DNA of 64,000 nucleotides from an uncultured candidatus Porisulfidus sp. (GTDB lineage Bacteria; Pseudomonadota; Gammaproteobacteria; Poriferisulfidales; Poriferisulfidaceae). Below are positions 29,783-40,187 of this stretch, in pieces. Under the pieces are notes generated by a model. It searched no databases, was not told the DNA's origin, and saw only the letters and a program-made list of their open reading frames with translations. Both the position numbers and the translations under genes were made by a program. The stretch lies in NCBI GenBank assembly GCA_965199755.1, contig CBDASZ010000001.1, positions 128,001-192,000 of the forward strand, read 5' to 3'. Each line of letters starts with the position of its first letter. Within the stretch, counting starts at the first letter, position 1.

Positions 29783-29810
29783 ATAGTAGCCCCCCTCCCC
29801 CCCTTGTCAA
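29783..29810 (-). promoter_or_regulatory. sigma70-like promoter TTGACA-N16-TACTAT with a G7-A-G6 spacer
   Basis: Minus strand reads TTGACA AGGGGGGGAGGGGGGC TACTAT. Confidence 0.6.
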
Positions 29811-29882
29811 CTACAGTATGGGTCCGTATCGGTACTTAATCTGGCTGCGTCTTATAATTCCTATCCTGCTTGCTTCAACGCC

Positions 29883-31898
29883 ATGTCAAACCGTCTCGCC
29901 AACGCCTCCAGCCCCTATCTGCGCCAGCACGCAGACAATCCGGTCGACTGGTATCCGTGGGGTGAAGAAGCCCTAAGTGCCGCCCGCGAAAGCAGCCGCC
30001 CGATCCTGCTCTCCGTCGGCTATGCCGCTTGCCACTGGTGCCATGTAATGGCGCACGAGTCCTTCGAAAGCGAGGAAACCGCGAAACTGATGAATCAATG
30101 GTTCATCAACATCAAGGTGGATCGGGAAGAGCGGCCCGACCTGGACAAGATCTACCAGACCGCGCAAATGCTGCTAAGCCAACGCAGCGGCGGCTGGCCG
30201 CTGACATTGTTCCTCACCCATGACAAACGCATTCCTTTCTTTGGCGGCACGTATTTCCCGCCGGAACCCCGCCACGGCATGCCTGCGTTCTCTCATATTC
30301 TGGAGCGGGTTGCCAGCTGGTACGCTGAACATGCTGAAGATCTAAACGAGCAAAACGAATCCGTCTGCGCCGCACTCGGCAACATCTACCAAGCACCGGA
30401 ATCCGCGCAATGGCCCATATCAATAGCCTCGCAGACCGTCGAGGCCATGGCGCAATCTTTTGATGAGCGCGAGGGCGGCTTTGGCGGCGCGCCCAAGTTT
30501 CCTCGGCCCACCCAGTTGCAGTGGCTGTTATCACAAGACAACCCGCGCGCGCAGCACATGGCGACGCACACCTTGCTGAAAATGGCGGAAGGCGGCCTGC
30601 ACGACCACGTCGGTGGTGGTTTCTACCGCTATTCCGTTGACGCACACTGGATGATCCCGCATTTCGAGAAGATGCTCTACGACCAGGCGCTGCTGCTCCC
30701 GCTATACGCCCGCGCCGCCGCGCAGACAAGCTCCGCACAACTCAAAGTCGCGGCCGAGGGCATCGTCAGTTTCGTCACACGCGAGTTGCAAGATCCGAAT
30801 GGCGGTTTCTATTCAAGTCTGGATGCTGACTCCGAAGGCGAAGAGGGCAAGTTTTATGTCTGGACGCCCGAAGAAGTAAAAGAACTGGTCGATCCTGAGC
30901 ACTTTGATGCATTCACCTTTCGGTTTGGCCTTGATCGCGCAGCCAATTTCGAGGGAAACTGGCACTTGCACGGCTTTCGCTCACTGACCGAAACCGCCGC
31001 GCGAACAAACCAACCTACAGAAGACCTGCAAGAAAACCTGGCATTGGCTCTACAGAAGTTGCTGCAGGCGCGCGGCAAGCGGATTCGTCCGGGGCTGGAT
31101 GACAAAATGCTAACCAGTTGGAACGCACTGATGATTCGTGCACTGGTGCTGGCCTCCCGATTCATGAACACTCCCGACTGGCTGCAGCCGGCGGAGTCCG
31201 CGTTTGCGTTCCTGCGCGAGAATCTCTGGGCCGACACCCGGCTGCAGGCGAGTTTCAGTCAAGGGCAGGCTCATTTCAATGCTTATCTGGATGACTACGC
31301 CTTTGCTCTGGAGGCCGCACTGCTGCTGTTGCAGACCCGCTGGCGGCGCGAGGATCTGGAGTTCGCCACGCAACTGGCCGACGTCATTGCCACACAGTTC
31401 GCTGGCCCCAACGGTGAGATGTTCTTCACCACGGAAGACCATGAAGATTTGCTGGTCCGTCCACAGCTTCTCGCCGATGATGTGACTCCTGCCGGCTGCG
31501 CTATCGCTTGCGAGAGCCTGTCCCGATTGGGTCACCTACTCGGACGCGGCGACTGGATTGATTTGGCTCAACGCACCTTGCGTTATGCTTCCGGAGCCAT
31601 CATCCGCGGGCCGAGTGAACACGCACGTTTTCTGGAGACGCATCAGGCACTGGAGAATCCGCTTGAATTGATTATTCTTCGTGGGGCCAAAGATGACATG
31701 GCTGCGTGGAAGCAGCAGGCAACCGATGCCGGTCACGACGACTGCTACGCCATCCCCGCTGAAGAAACTGATCTGCCTGAGGGCTTGACCGAGAAGACCC
31801 CAGGCGACGGCGTGATTGCCTATGTGTGCACCGGCTTGAGCTGCGAGATGCCGATTCAGTCTCTGGATACGTTTGGCGAAAGGCTCGCTCCCCAATGA
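29883..31898 (+). CDS. thioredoxin-domain protein, YyaL/SSP411 family
   Basis: [46 protein letters not shown]. Confidence 0.93.
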   Translation: MSNRLANASSPYLRQHADNPVDWYPWGEEALSAARESSRPILLSVGYAACHWCHVMAHESFESEETAKLMNQWFINIKVDREERPDLDKIYQTAQMLLSQRSGGWPLTLFLTHDKRIPFFGGTYFPPEPRHGMPAFSHILERVASWYAEHAEDLNEQNESVCAALGNIYQAPESAQWPISIASQTVEAMAQSFDEREGGFGGAPKFPRPTQLQWLLSQDNPRAQHMATHTLLKMAEGGLHDHVGGGFYRYSVDAHWMIPHFEKMLYDQALLLPLYARAAAQTSSAQLKVAAEGIVSFVTRELQDPNGGFYSSLDADSEGEEGKFYVWTPEEVKELVDPEHFDAFTFRFGLDRAANFEGNWHLHGFRSLTETAARTNQPTEDLQENLALALQKLLQARGKRIRPGLDDKMLTSWNALMIRALVLASRFMNTPDWLQPAESAFAFLRENLWADTRLQASFSQGQAHFNAYLDDYAFALEAALLLLQTRWRREDLEFATQLADVIATQFAGPNGEMFFTTEDHEDLLVRPQLLADDVTPAGCAIACESLSRLGHLLGRGDWIDLAQRTLRYASGAIIRGPSEHARFLETHQALENPLELIILRGAKDDMAAWKQQATDAGHDDCYAIPAEETDLPEGLTEKTPGDGVIAYVCTGLSCEMPIQSLDTFGERLAPQ

Positions 31899-32671
31899 CG
31901 TGGGTGCGCGTCTTGTTGCGTGTGATCCTGATCACGCGCTGGATCATCTGGGGCTTTTGGCGCAGCAGCAAAGCCCATATATCAGCCTTGCGCGCCAATC
32001 CGGTCAGCGCAGACGCGCAGCAGCTCGTGCAGTTCTGGTTCGCTCAGGCGCTGCGCGTGATGAATGTCACCGTACACATTCACGGCGAATGGCGTGGCGC
32101 GCCGCGGCTGGTTGCTTGCAACCATATTTCCTGGCTGGATATTCTGGTGCTGGGTTCCGCCATGCCGGTCGTGTTTTTATCCAAAGAGGAAGTCAACCAT
32201 TGGCCGGTTATTCGCCGCCTGGCGCATGCGGGCGGCACCCTGTTCATCAAGCGCGGCACCTCAGGAGCCGTGCGACACAGCATTGAAGAAATTGCCCGTG
32301 CGGCCAACCGCGGCCAAAGTGTGCTGGTCTTCCCTGAGGGAACCACCGGTGAAGGAGATCAGGTCATGCACTATCACCCGCGCCTGTTCGCCGCGGCCAT
32401 CGAACAGAATATTCCTGTGCAGCCCGTCGCCCTGCAGTACCCGCATCAAGCAGGCATCAACCCTGCGGTTCCTTATACTGGGAATACCTGGCTCATCACC
32501 AGTCTGTGGCGCATTCTTTCATGCGTGGAGATCCACGCCGAAGTGCACATCGGAGAAGAAATAGACCCCGGTCAGATGGAGCGCCGTGAGCTGGCCAGTC
32601 GGGCCCGCGCCTTCACAGCGCGAGCCATAAAAGAAGAACAGGAGCGTCCGTGGCTCCCGGAGTCCGGTTAG
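31895..32671 (+). CDS. lysophospholipid acyltransferase (PlsC/OlsA family)
   Basis: NHISWLD, FIKR, FPEGTT. Confidence 0.88.
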   Translation: MTWVRVLLRVILITRWIIWGFWRSSKAHISALRANPVSADAQQLVQFWFAQALRVMNVTVHIHGEWRGAPRLVACNHISWLDILVLGSAMPVVFLSKEEVNHWPVIRRLAHAGGTLFIKRGTSGAVRHSIEEIARAANRGQSVLVFPEGTTGEGDQVMHYHPRLFAAAIEQNIPVQPVALQYPHQAGINPAVPYTGNTWLITSLWRILSCVEIHAEVHIGEEIDPGQMERRELASRARAFTARAIKEEQERPWLPESG

Positions 32672-32678
32672 AAAAGTT

Positions 32679-32939
32679 TTAGAGCGCTTTGATGCGCGCG
32701 TTCAGACGGCTTTTCTGACGCGCCGCCTTGTTCCGATGAGTCAGTCCGCGGTTGACCGCGCTATCAATTATCGGAATGGCCTTGTTGAATGCTTCCTGCG
32801 CCGCCTCGCGCGCACCGTCGTCGATCTGTTTAACCACAGCCTTGACGTACGTGCGATAGCGTGACGCGAGCGCGACATTGTGGGACCGACGGGTAATTTC
32901 CTGCCGGGCACGCTTGCGGGATTGTGCTGAATTGGCCAT
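32679..32939 (-). CDS. rpsT: 30S ribosomal protein S20
   Basis: MANSAQSRKRARQ...HRNKAARQKSRL. Confidence 0.95.
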   Translation of the reverse strand: MANSAQSRKRARQEITRRSHNVALASRYRTYVKAVVKQIDDGAREAAQEAFNKAIPIIDSAVNRGLTHRNKAARQKSRLNARIKAL

Positions 32940-32966
32940 AAGGCGGCGCATTATATACGATGCGCG

Positions 32967-34394
32967 CTATCCTCCGAGCAAATACAGCGACGCCGCGGCG
33001 CGGCTCATCTCCAGCCAGCCTTGCGGAAACACGAAAAGCACCACCAGCGCCAGCGCGTTCGCACCGAGCAATATCTGATAACCCTTGTCCAACGTCACCT
33101 CAAGCGGCTCTTCCGCTTCCTCGAAGTACATATAGCGGATGATGCGCAGGTAGTAGTAGGCTCCGACCACCGCCAGCACCACCGCGATCACCGCCAGCCA
33201 CCATAAATCTACCGCCACCACGGCCTGCAGAACATACAGTTTGGCGGTGAATCCGGCCGTCAGCGGCACACCCGCCATGGACAGCATCAGAATCAGCACC
33301 ATGAATGCCAACGCGGGGTGCGAGCGGCCCAACCCGCGAAAGTCGCGAATATCCTCAATCGGTTTTCGTGCGCCCAGCAAAAGCAGCACCCCAAAAGCGC
33401 CCAACGCCATAACCGCGTAGATTGTGGTGTAGAAAATCGCGGCGCTCAGCCCCCGCGGCGATGCCGTGCACAGCGCGAGGAAGATAAACCCGGCGTGCGC
33501 AATGGCGGAATACGCCAGCATTCGTCTGATCCGTGTTTGCATGATCGCGACCAGATTGCCCAGCGCCATCGACAGCACCGCCATCACCATCAAAAACCCG
33601 GCCCATTGCGATGCCAACGATGCCAGCGCCCCGCCGAGCAGCGCCAGCAGAAACAGTAGCCCGGCAATCTTCGGTGCCGCAGAGATATACGTCACCGCTG
33701 GCACCGAGGTGCCGTCGTAGACATCCGGCAGCCACATATGAAACGGCACTGCGCCGAACTTAAAGGCCAGACCCGCCAGCACGAAGATCAGACCGAGCAG
33801 CGTTAGTTGATTAATTTCATCCTGCGCCAAAGCCACATGCAGGTCATGCAGGTGCAGGCTGCCGGTCGCGGCGTACAGCAATGAGACCCCGTACAGCAAA
33901 AATCCCGCGGCCAGCGCGCCGAGCACAAAATACTTGACCGCCGCCTCCGCGGCGCGGCCATCCGCGCGCTGCATGGCGACCATCGGATACAGCGACAGTG
34001 ACAGCAACTCCAGCCCCAGGTACAGCGGGATCGCATGCTGCGCGCCACTCATCAGAAACATCCCGACGCACGCGAACAGCGCCAACACATAAAACTCAAC
34101 CGTACGCAATCGCTCCGCGTTGGTCGCGAACGCGCGGGCATAGACCAGCGCCAGCAGACTGAGCCCAACAATCAACAGTCGCAACATATCCAGTTCCGCG
34201 GCGCGTCGAAACGCGCGGCTCATAATCTCCACCGGCGCGTCCGGGACACTCACCGCGATCGCCAACATCGCGCCAGCACAACTCAGCACAGTCACCGGCC
34301 ACGCCCAGGCACGCGGACACAACAGCAGCACGCACGCACCGCTCAACAGCACGATCTCCGGCAGCAGCAAGAACAGCTCCTGCGCAACACTCAT
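32967..34394 (-). CDS. nuoN: NADH-quinone oxidoreductase subunit N
   Basis: EAAVKYF, FKFGAVPFHMWLPDVY; operon position. Confidence 0.95.
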   Translation of the reverse strand: MSVAQELFLLLPEIVLLSGACVLLLCPRAWAWPVTVLSCAGAMLAIAVSVPDAPVEIMSRAFRRAAELDMLRLLIVGLSLLALVYARAFATNAERLRTVEFYVLALFACVGMFLMSGAQHAIPLYLGLELLSLSLYPMVAMQRADGRAAEAAVKYFVLGALAAGFLLYGVSLLYAATGSLHLHDLHVALAQDEINQLTLLGLIFVLAGLAFKFGAVPFHMWLPDVYDGTSVPAVTYISAAPKIAGLLFLLALLGGALASLASQWAGFLMVMAVLSMALGNLVAIMQTRIRRMLAYSAIAHAGFIFLALCTASPRGLSAAIFYTTIYAVMALGAFGVLLLLGARKPIEDIRDFRGLGRSHPALAFMVLILMLSMAGVPLTAGFTAKLYVLQAVVAVDLWWLAVIAVVLAVVGAYYYLRIIRYMYFEEAEEPLEVTLDKGYQILLGANALALVVLFVFPQGWLEMSRAAASLYLLGG

Positions 34395-35878
34395 AACTGG
34401 CTCTCCGCCTTGAAGTGTCTGGCCTGATCCACCAGTTCGGCGACCGACGGCTCCATCAGTTCAATCAACGGTGCCGGCCACAGGCCCAATCCCAGCACAG
34501 GCAGCGCCAACGCCGCCAGCAGCACAAACTCACGCCCGGACACGTCCGAGAATGCCTGCACTTCGGCGTGCTTCGCCTCACCGAACACCACCCGGCGCAC
34601 CAGCCACAGCGAATAAGCCGCGCCCAGCACCAGCACCATCGCCGCCAACGCCGCCAGCCACCACTGCGCCTGAAACGCAGCCAGAATCACCATTAACTCG
34701 CCCACAAATCCCGACGTGCCGGGCAGGCCGGCGTTGGCCAGCGCGAAGAACACGAACAGCCCGCCGAAGATCGGCATGCTCACCAGCACGCCTCCGTAAT
34801 CCTCGATCTTGCGACTGTGCCGCCGGTCGTAAAGGATGCCCACGCAGGCGAACAGCGCGGCCGACACCAGTCCGTGCGACAGCATCTGCACCATCGCTCC
34901 GCTCACGCCCAGCATCGCACCCTCCACACTCAAGCGATATATCAGAAACAATCCCAGTGTGACGAATCCCATGTGCGCGATGGAGGAATAGGCGATGAGT
35001 TTCTTCATATCAGTTTGCGCCAGCGCCACGAAGCCGATGTACACCACCGCGACCAAAGACAGGGCGATCACCAGCGTGTCAAAAAGCAGTGAGGCATCCG
35101 GCGCGATCGGTAGACAGAAACGCAATAGTCCGTAGCCGCCGACCTTCAACAGCACGGCCGCCAGCACCACCGAGCCGGCCGCGGGTGCCTCCACGTGCGC
35201 GTCCGGCAGCCACGTATGCACCGGCCACATCGGCACCTTGACCGCAAAGCCGATCAAAAAGGCCAGAAACAGCCAGTGCTGCTCCAACGCGGTCAGCGTC
35301 CAGTTCTGCCAGTCGCGAATCTCAAAACTGCCGGAATCCAGGTACAGATAGACCATTGCCACCAGCATGAGCACGGAGCCCAGAAAGGTATACAGGAAGA
35401 ACTTGACCGCTGCGTAAATCCGGTTGTCCGAACCCCACACGCCGATGATCAGAAACATCGGAATCAGCATCGCCTCGAAAAATATGTAGAACAGCGCCGC
35501 GTCCATCGCGCTGAACGTGCCGATCAGAAAGCCCTCGAGAATCAGAAACGCGGCGAGGAATTGCCGCTGGCGATCAATCAGCGACAGCCGCCCGGTGATC
35601 ACCGCGAGCAGGCCGATAAATGCAGTCAGCACGATCAGCGGCAGGGCCAGCCCGTCGACGCCGATGTAGTAATAAATATCAAACGCTGGAATCCACAGCG
35701 CGCGGCTCTGCCACTGGAAGCCGCCATACGGGTCGAACTGTCCCAGCATCAGCAGCGACACAGCGAGCACCGTCGTACTGATTACGACTGCCCAGCCGCG
35801 CGCCGTGGAAGGCGGCAGCAGCAACACGCCGATGCCACCGAGCACCGGCAGCCAAATCAGCAGATTGAGCGAGTTCAT
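34391..35878 (-). CDS. nuoM: NADH-quinone oxidoreductase subunit M
   Basis: VKVPMWPVHTWLPDAHVEAP, KKLIAYSS. Confidence 0.95.
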   Translation of the reverse strand: MNSLNLLIWLPVLGGIGVLLLPPSTARGWAVVISTTVLAVSLLMLGQFDPYGGFQWQSRALWIPAFDIYYYIGVDGLALPLIVLTAFIGLLAVITGRLSLIDRQRQFLAAFLILEGFLIGTFSAMDAALFYIFFEAMLIPMFLIIGVWGSDNRIYAAVKFFLYTFLGSVLMLVAMVYLYLDSGSFEIRDWQNWTLTALEQHWLFLAFLIGFAVKVPMWPVHTWLPDAHVEAPAAGSVVLAAVLLKVGGYGLLRFCLPIAPDASLLFDTLVIALSLVAVVYIGFVALAQTDMKKLIAYSSIAHMGFVTLGLFLIYRLSVEGAMLGVSGAMVQMLSHGLVSAALFACVGILYDRRHSRKIEDYGGVLVSMPIFGGLFVFFALANAGLPGTSGFVGELMVILAAFQAQWWLAALAAMVLVLGAAYSLWLVRRVVFGEAKHAEVQAFSDVSGREFVLLAALALPVLGLGLWPAPLIELMEPSVAELVDQARHFKAESQL

Positions 35879-37779
35879 AACACGCTCCCCCACCACAGCA
35901 GATAGCCCAGTGCCGCCACCAGACCCAACAGCATGGCCAGCGCATAATGCCCGACCAGCCCGCTTTGCAACACACGCAGCCGTTCACCCGCCGCACGCGC
36001 GGCGCGCGCCGCGCCGCCCACCATCGCACCATCAATCAGGCGCACATCACCAACCTGCGCCATGAATTGTGCAAGCCGCAAGCCAGCACCGACCACAATC
36101 TGCTCATAAAACACATCAAAGCCGTATTTCTGCTCCAGCACCCGACGCCACAGCGGCGGCTCAGTGGGTGGCTCGCTGAGTTTCCGCACACGGCGCGGAT
36201 AAACGATCATGCCAACGATGACCGCCACGCCCAATATCACCAGTGCAAGCCACGGGATTTCGTGCGGCATCGTCGCCAGCACATCGTGCTGCGGTAGCAC
36301 GTGAATCGCATCATCCAGCAAGCCGTCGTAAAGAAAGCCCTCGCTCATCAGCGGCGACAGCAGTGTCAGCAGCGCCAGCGCCAGCAATGGGAATTTCACG
36401 CTCCAGCCGCTTTCGCTTGCGTGCTCGGCCTCAGGCGATCGCGCCTCGCCAAAAAACACGTAATAGCCCAGACGCAGCGAGTACAACACGGTAATCGCCA
36501 CGCCGATCAGCGCCATGACATAGCCGACGGGGGCCATGGCCATTTCTGAATGGTTCAGCGCGAGAATGATCGCATCTTTCGAGTAGAACCCGGAGAAGCC
36601 CGGAATTCCCATTAACGCCAAGGTGCCCACCGCGAAGATGACCCCGGTCACGCGCAGCCGCTTGCCGAGGCCGCCCATCTTGCGGATGTCCTGTTCGTGG
36701 TGCATGGCCAGAATCACGGCACCCGCGCCTAGGAACAGCAAGGCCTTGAAGAAGGCGTGCGTAAACAAATGGAAGATGCCGGCGGCGTAGGCCGACACGC
36801 CGAGCGCCATGGTCATGTAGCCCAGCTGCGACAAGGTGGAATAGGCGATGACCCGTTTGATGTCGTAGGAGACCAGACCGAGTAGACCCATAAACAGCGC
36901 CGTCACCCCGCCGACCAGCACGATCATGTTGAGCACCATCTCGCTACCTTCGAACAGCGGCGACAGCCGCGCCACCATGAAAATACCCGCCGTCACCATG
37001 GTCGCGGCATGAATCATCGCGGAAATAGGCGTCGGCCCTTCCATGGAATCCGGCAGCCAAACATGCAGCGGCACCTGAGCGGACTTGCCCATCGCGCCGA
37101 TAAACAAAAGCAGGCAGGCCATGCCAAGCAGGGAGGCCTCGCCAATCGGGGCCGGGGTTTGCGCGAGAATCCCGGTATGAGCGAACACCGTGGCGTAATC
37201 CAGACTGCCGACTCCGGCCAGCAACGCGCCCATCCCCAGCAGGAAGCCGAAATCTCCCACGCGGTTAATCAGAAACGCCTTGAGGCCGGCAGCGGCCGCG
37301 CGCGGACGCGTGAACCAGAAGCCGATCAGCAGATACGACACCAGCCCGACCCCTTCCCAGCCCAAAAACAGCAGCAGGAAGTTGTCCGCCATCACCAAAA
37401 GCAGCATGGCGAACGTAAATAGCGACAGGTAGCAGAAGAAACGGACATAGCCGGGATCACCGTGCATGTAGCCGATACTGTAGATGTGGATCAGCAGCGA
37501 CACCGAGCTCACCACGACCATCATCAAAATGCTGAGCGAATCAAGCAAAAACGCGATGTCCAGACCCAAGCCCGGCGGCCCCCACTGATACAGCACGAAG
37601 GACTGCGGCTCGGTGTATTGCCGGGCCAGCGCGATGCTGGCTGCGGTGGCGATCGCCACGCCGGTGATGGTAATCACGCTGGCCGCACGCGGGCTCAACA
37701 CGCGCACGCCAAGCCCGGCGATTACCGCGCCTGCCGCAACCGCGGCGAGGCAAAGCAGGGCCAGAGAGGGCGCGTCCAT
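35875..37779 (-). CDS. nuoL: NADH-quinone oxidoreductase subunit L
   Basis: GKSAQVPLHVWLPDSMEGPTPISA, HAFFKALLFL. Confidence 0.95.
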   Translation of the reverse strand: MDAPSLALLCLAAVAAGAVIAGLGVRVLSPRAASVITITGVAIATAASIALARQYTEPQSFVLYQWGPPGLGLDIAFLLDSLSILMMVVVSSVSLLIHIYSIGYMHGDPGYVRFFCYLSLFTFAMLLLVMADNFLLLFLGWEGVGLVSYLLIGFWFTRPRAAAAGLKAFLINRVGDFGFLLGMGALLAGVGSLDYATVFAHTGILAQTPAPIGEASLLGMACLLLFIGAMGKSAQVPLHVWLPDSMEGPTPISAMIHAATMVTAGIFMVARLSPLFEGSEMVLNMIVLVGGVTALFMGLLGLVSYDIKRVIAYSTLSQLGYMTMALGVSAYAAGIFHLFTHAFFKALLFLGAGAVILAMHHEQDIRKMGGLGKRLRVTGVIFAVGTLALMGIPGFSGFYSKDAIILALNHSEMAMAPVGYVMALIGVAITVLYSLRLGYYVFFGEARSPEAEHASESGWSVKFPLLALALLTLLSPLMSEGFLYDGLLDDAIHVLPQHDVLATMPHEIPWLALVILGVAVIVGMIVYPRRVRKLSEPPTEPPLWRRVLEQKYGFDVFYEQIVVGAGLRLAQFMAQVGDVRLIDGAMVGGAARAARAAGERLRVLQSGLVGHYALAMLLGLVAALGYLLWWGSVL

Positions 37780-38085
37780 TTAGTCTCGCAACTCCCGCAA
37801 CTGCTCGGTGTCGATGGTGGCGCGAGAGCGAAACACCACCACCACGATGGCGAGGCCAATGGCGATTTCGGCCGCCGCGATGGTCAGCACAAACAAGGCG
37901 AACACCTGTCCGCCAAGATCCTGCAGATAGTGCGAGGCAGCAATCAAATTGGTGTTGACCGCCAGCAGCATCAGCTCCAGCGACATCAGCAGCACCAGCA
38001 CATGGCGGCGGTTGACGAACACGCCCGCGACGCCGATCGCGAACAGCGCGCCGGACAGCAGCAGAAAGTGCGCGTGGCTCAACAT
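37780..38085 (-). CDS. nuoK: NADH-quinone oxidoreductase subunit K
   Basis: [17 protein letters not shown]. Confidence 0.94.
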   Translation of the reverse strand: MLSHAHFLLLSGALFAIGVAGVFVNRRHVLVLLMSLELMLLAVNTNLIAASHYLQDLGGQVFALFVLTIAAAEIAIGLAIVVVVFRSRATIDTEQLRELRD

Positions 38086-38663
38086 GGCGGCTCCGTGCGC
38101 CCGTCGGTCATCCGCAAACGGTCCTCCTTGCGCGCCTGAATCTGGCGGGACGGGGTTTGTCGGTGCTGGTTGCCGCGCTCGCGCAAGGTCAGCGCGATCG
38201 CCCCGACAATGGCGATCAGCAAGGCGACCGCGGCTGCCTCAAACGCGAGCGCGTACTCGGTGTAGATCACCGCACCGAGCGCCTGGGTATTGCTGCCCAC
38301 CTCCAGCGGCGCGACCGTCGGCGTCTGTGGTGCCGTACCAAGCACGGCGAGCAATTCCGCCACCATCAGCAAAGCGACCGCGATGGCCGCGAATCGGAAC
38401 GAGCCGCGTTGCGGCGTCGGCGCTTCGCGCTCCACCATCATCACCACGAACAAAAACAGCACCAGCACCGCGCCGATGTACACCAGCACCAGCAGGATCG
38501 ACAAAAACTCCGCATGCAGCAGCATCCACAGCATGGCGGCCGTGAAGAAACTCAAAATCAGACACAGCGCGGCGCGCACCATGCAGCGCAAGGTAACGGT
38601 GGCGGTGGCCGCCGCAAGCAACACCGCGCCCAGCGTGTAGAACAGCAGGGTCTGAAATCCCAT
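38079..38663 (-). CDS. nuoJ: NADH-quinone oxidoreductase subunit J
   Basis: AEFL...[16 protein letters not shown]. Confidence 0.93.
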   Translation of the reverse strand: MGFQTLLFYTLGAVLLAAATATVTLRCMVRAALCLILSFFTAAMLWMLLHAEFLSILLVLVYIGAVLVLFLFVVMMVEREAPTPQRGSFRFAAIAVALLMVAELLAVLGTAPQTPTVAPLEVGSNTQALGAVIYTEYALAFEAAAVALLIAIVGAIALTLRERGNQHRQTPSRQIQARKEDRLRMTDGRTEPPC

Positions 38664-38667
38664 CGGG

Positions 38668-39153
38668 CTAGCTGGCGTCCTGACTCCGGTGCTCGGCGAT
38701 GCGCTTCTCAAAGCGATCACCGATGCGCAGCAGGTCCTGCTTGGTCATGATCTGATCACCGGCATGCTCGAAATGGAACTCGTGAATGTCCGTCTCCACA
38801 ATGGCATCCACCGGACACGCCTCTTCGCAAAAGCCGCAGTACACGCACTTGAACAAGTCAATGTCGTAGCGGGTGGTGCGCCGCGTGCCGTCACCGCGTT
38901 CCTTCGATTCGATCGTGATCGCCAAGGCCGGACACACTGCTTCACACAACTTGCAGGCGATGCAGCGCTCCTCGCCGTCAGGATAGCGGCGCAGGGCGTG
39001 TAGGCCGCGAAAGCGCGGCGACTTCGGCGTGGTCTCATCCGGGTAGCGCAGCGTGACGTTGGGGGACAGCATACGCCGCACGGTCACACGCAGCCCGCGC
39101 AGCAGATCCATCAGGCTCAGGCTTCGCAGCAGGTAGCGGATATTGCCCTTCAT
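38668..39153 (-). CDS. nuoI: NADH-quinone oxidoreductase subunit I
   Basis: [12 protein letters not shown] and [12 protein letters not shown]. Confidence 0.95.
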   Translation of the reverse strand: MKGNIRYLLRSLSLMDLLRGLRVTVRRMLSPNVTLRYPDETTPKSPRFRGLHALRRYPDGEERCIACKLCEAVCPALAITIESKERGDGTRRTTRYDIDLFKCVYCGFCEEACPVDAIVETDIHEFHFEHAGDQIMTKQDLLRIGDRFEKRIAEHRSQDAS

Positions 39154-40187
39154 GCCATGCCTGCCGTGAAGTGACGCGCCACCCCCAGCACGAAAATCCA
39201 GATCAAGGTCACCGGAATGAACGCCTTCCAGCCCAACCGCATGATCTGATCGTAGCGATAGCGCGGGAAGGTGGCCCGAAACCAGACAAAGCAGTACATG
39301 AAGAAAGCGGTTTTCAGCAGCCACCAGTGAATGCCGGAATCCAGAAGCGGCACCCACTGCGCCAACGCCGTGCCCTCAAACGGCGACAGCCAGCCGCCGA
39401 AGAACAAAATCGCAGTCAGCGCCGACACCAGAATCATGGCCGAATACTCGGCCAGAAAGAACATTGCGAAACCCGCGCCGGAGTACTCCACATGAAAGCC
39501 CGCAACCAACTCGGACTCACCCTCCACCACATCAAACGGCGCGCGGTTGGTCTCGGCCACGCCGGAGACCAGATAGACCACAAACAGCGGCAGCAGCGGC
39601 AGGAAGAACCAATCCAGCACGCCGCCGGACTGCGCCATCACGATGGCGGACAAATTCAGGCTGCCGGACAGCATCAGCACGCCCACCAGCGCAAACCCCA
39701 TGGCGATCTCGTAGGACACCACCTGCGCCGCCTGACGCATCGCGCCGAGCAGCGCGTAGCGCGAATTGGAGGCCCAGCCGGCGATGATGATGCCGTAGGC
39801 ACCCAGCGAGGTCAGCGCCAGCACGTACAAGAGGCCGGCATCGATATTCGCCAGCCACACGCCTTCGGCGAACGGCACCACCGCCCACGCGCCCAGCGCC
39901 GGCACCAGCGCCGCCAGCGGTGCCAGATAAAACAGTCCGCGACTCGCCTCACGCGGCTGCACCATCTCTTTGGTCAGCAACTTGAAGACATCCGCAATCG
40001 GCTGCAGCAGACCGCTTGGGCCGACTCGCGTCGGGCCCAGACGCATCTGGATGAAGGCCACCACCTTGCGCTCCGCGTAGGTGTAGTACGCGACCGTGAC
40101 GAACAGCGGCACCAGAATGAACACCGCGGTGACCCCAATCTCCATCACCCGAAACCAGACCTCAACGTCCTGAATCCACTCAAACAT
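39150..40187 (-). CDS. nuoH: NADH-quinone oxidoreductase subunit H
   Basis: [25 protein letters not shown]. Confidence 0.96.
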   Translation of the reverse strand: MFEWIQDVEVWFRVMEIGVTAVFILVPLFVTVAYYTYAERKVVAFIQMRLGPTRVGPSGLLQPIADVFKLLTKEMVQPREASRGLFYLAPLAALVPALGAWAVVPFAEGVWLANIDAGLLYVLALTSLGAYGIIIAGWASNSRYALLGAMRQAAQVVSYEIAMGFALVGVLMLSGSLNLSAIVMAQSGGVLDWFFLPLLPLFVVYLVSGVAETNRAPFDVVEGESELVAGFHVEYSGAGFAMFFLAEYSAMILVSALTAILFFGGWLSPFEGTALAQWVPLLDSGIHWWLLKTAFFMYCFVWFRATFPRYRYDQIMRLGWKAFIPVTLIWIFVLGVARHFTAGMA

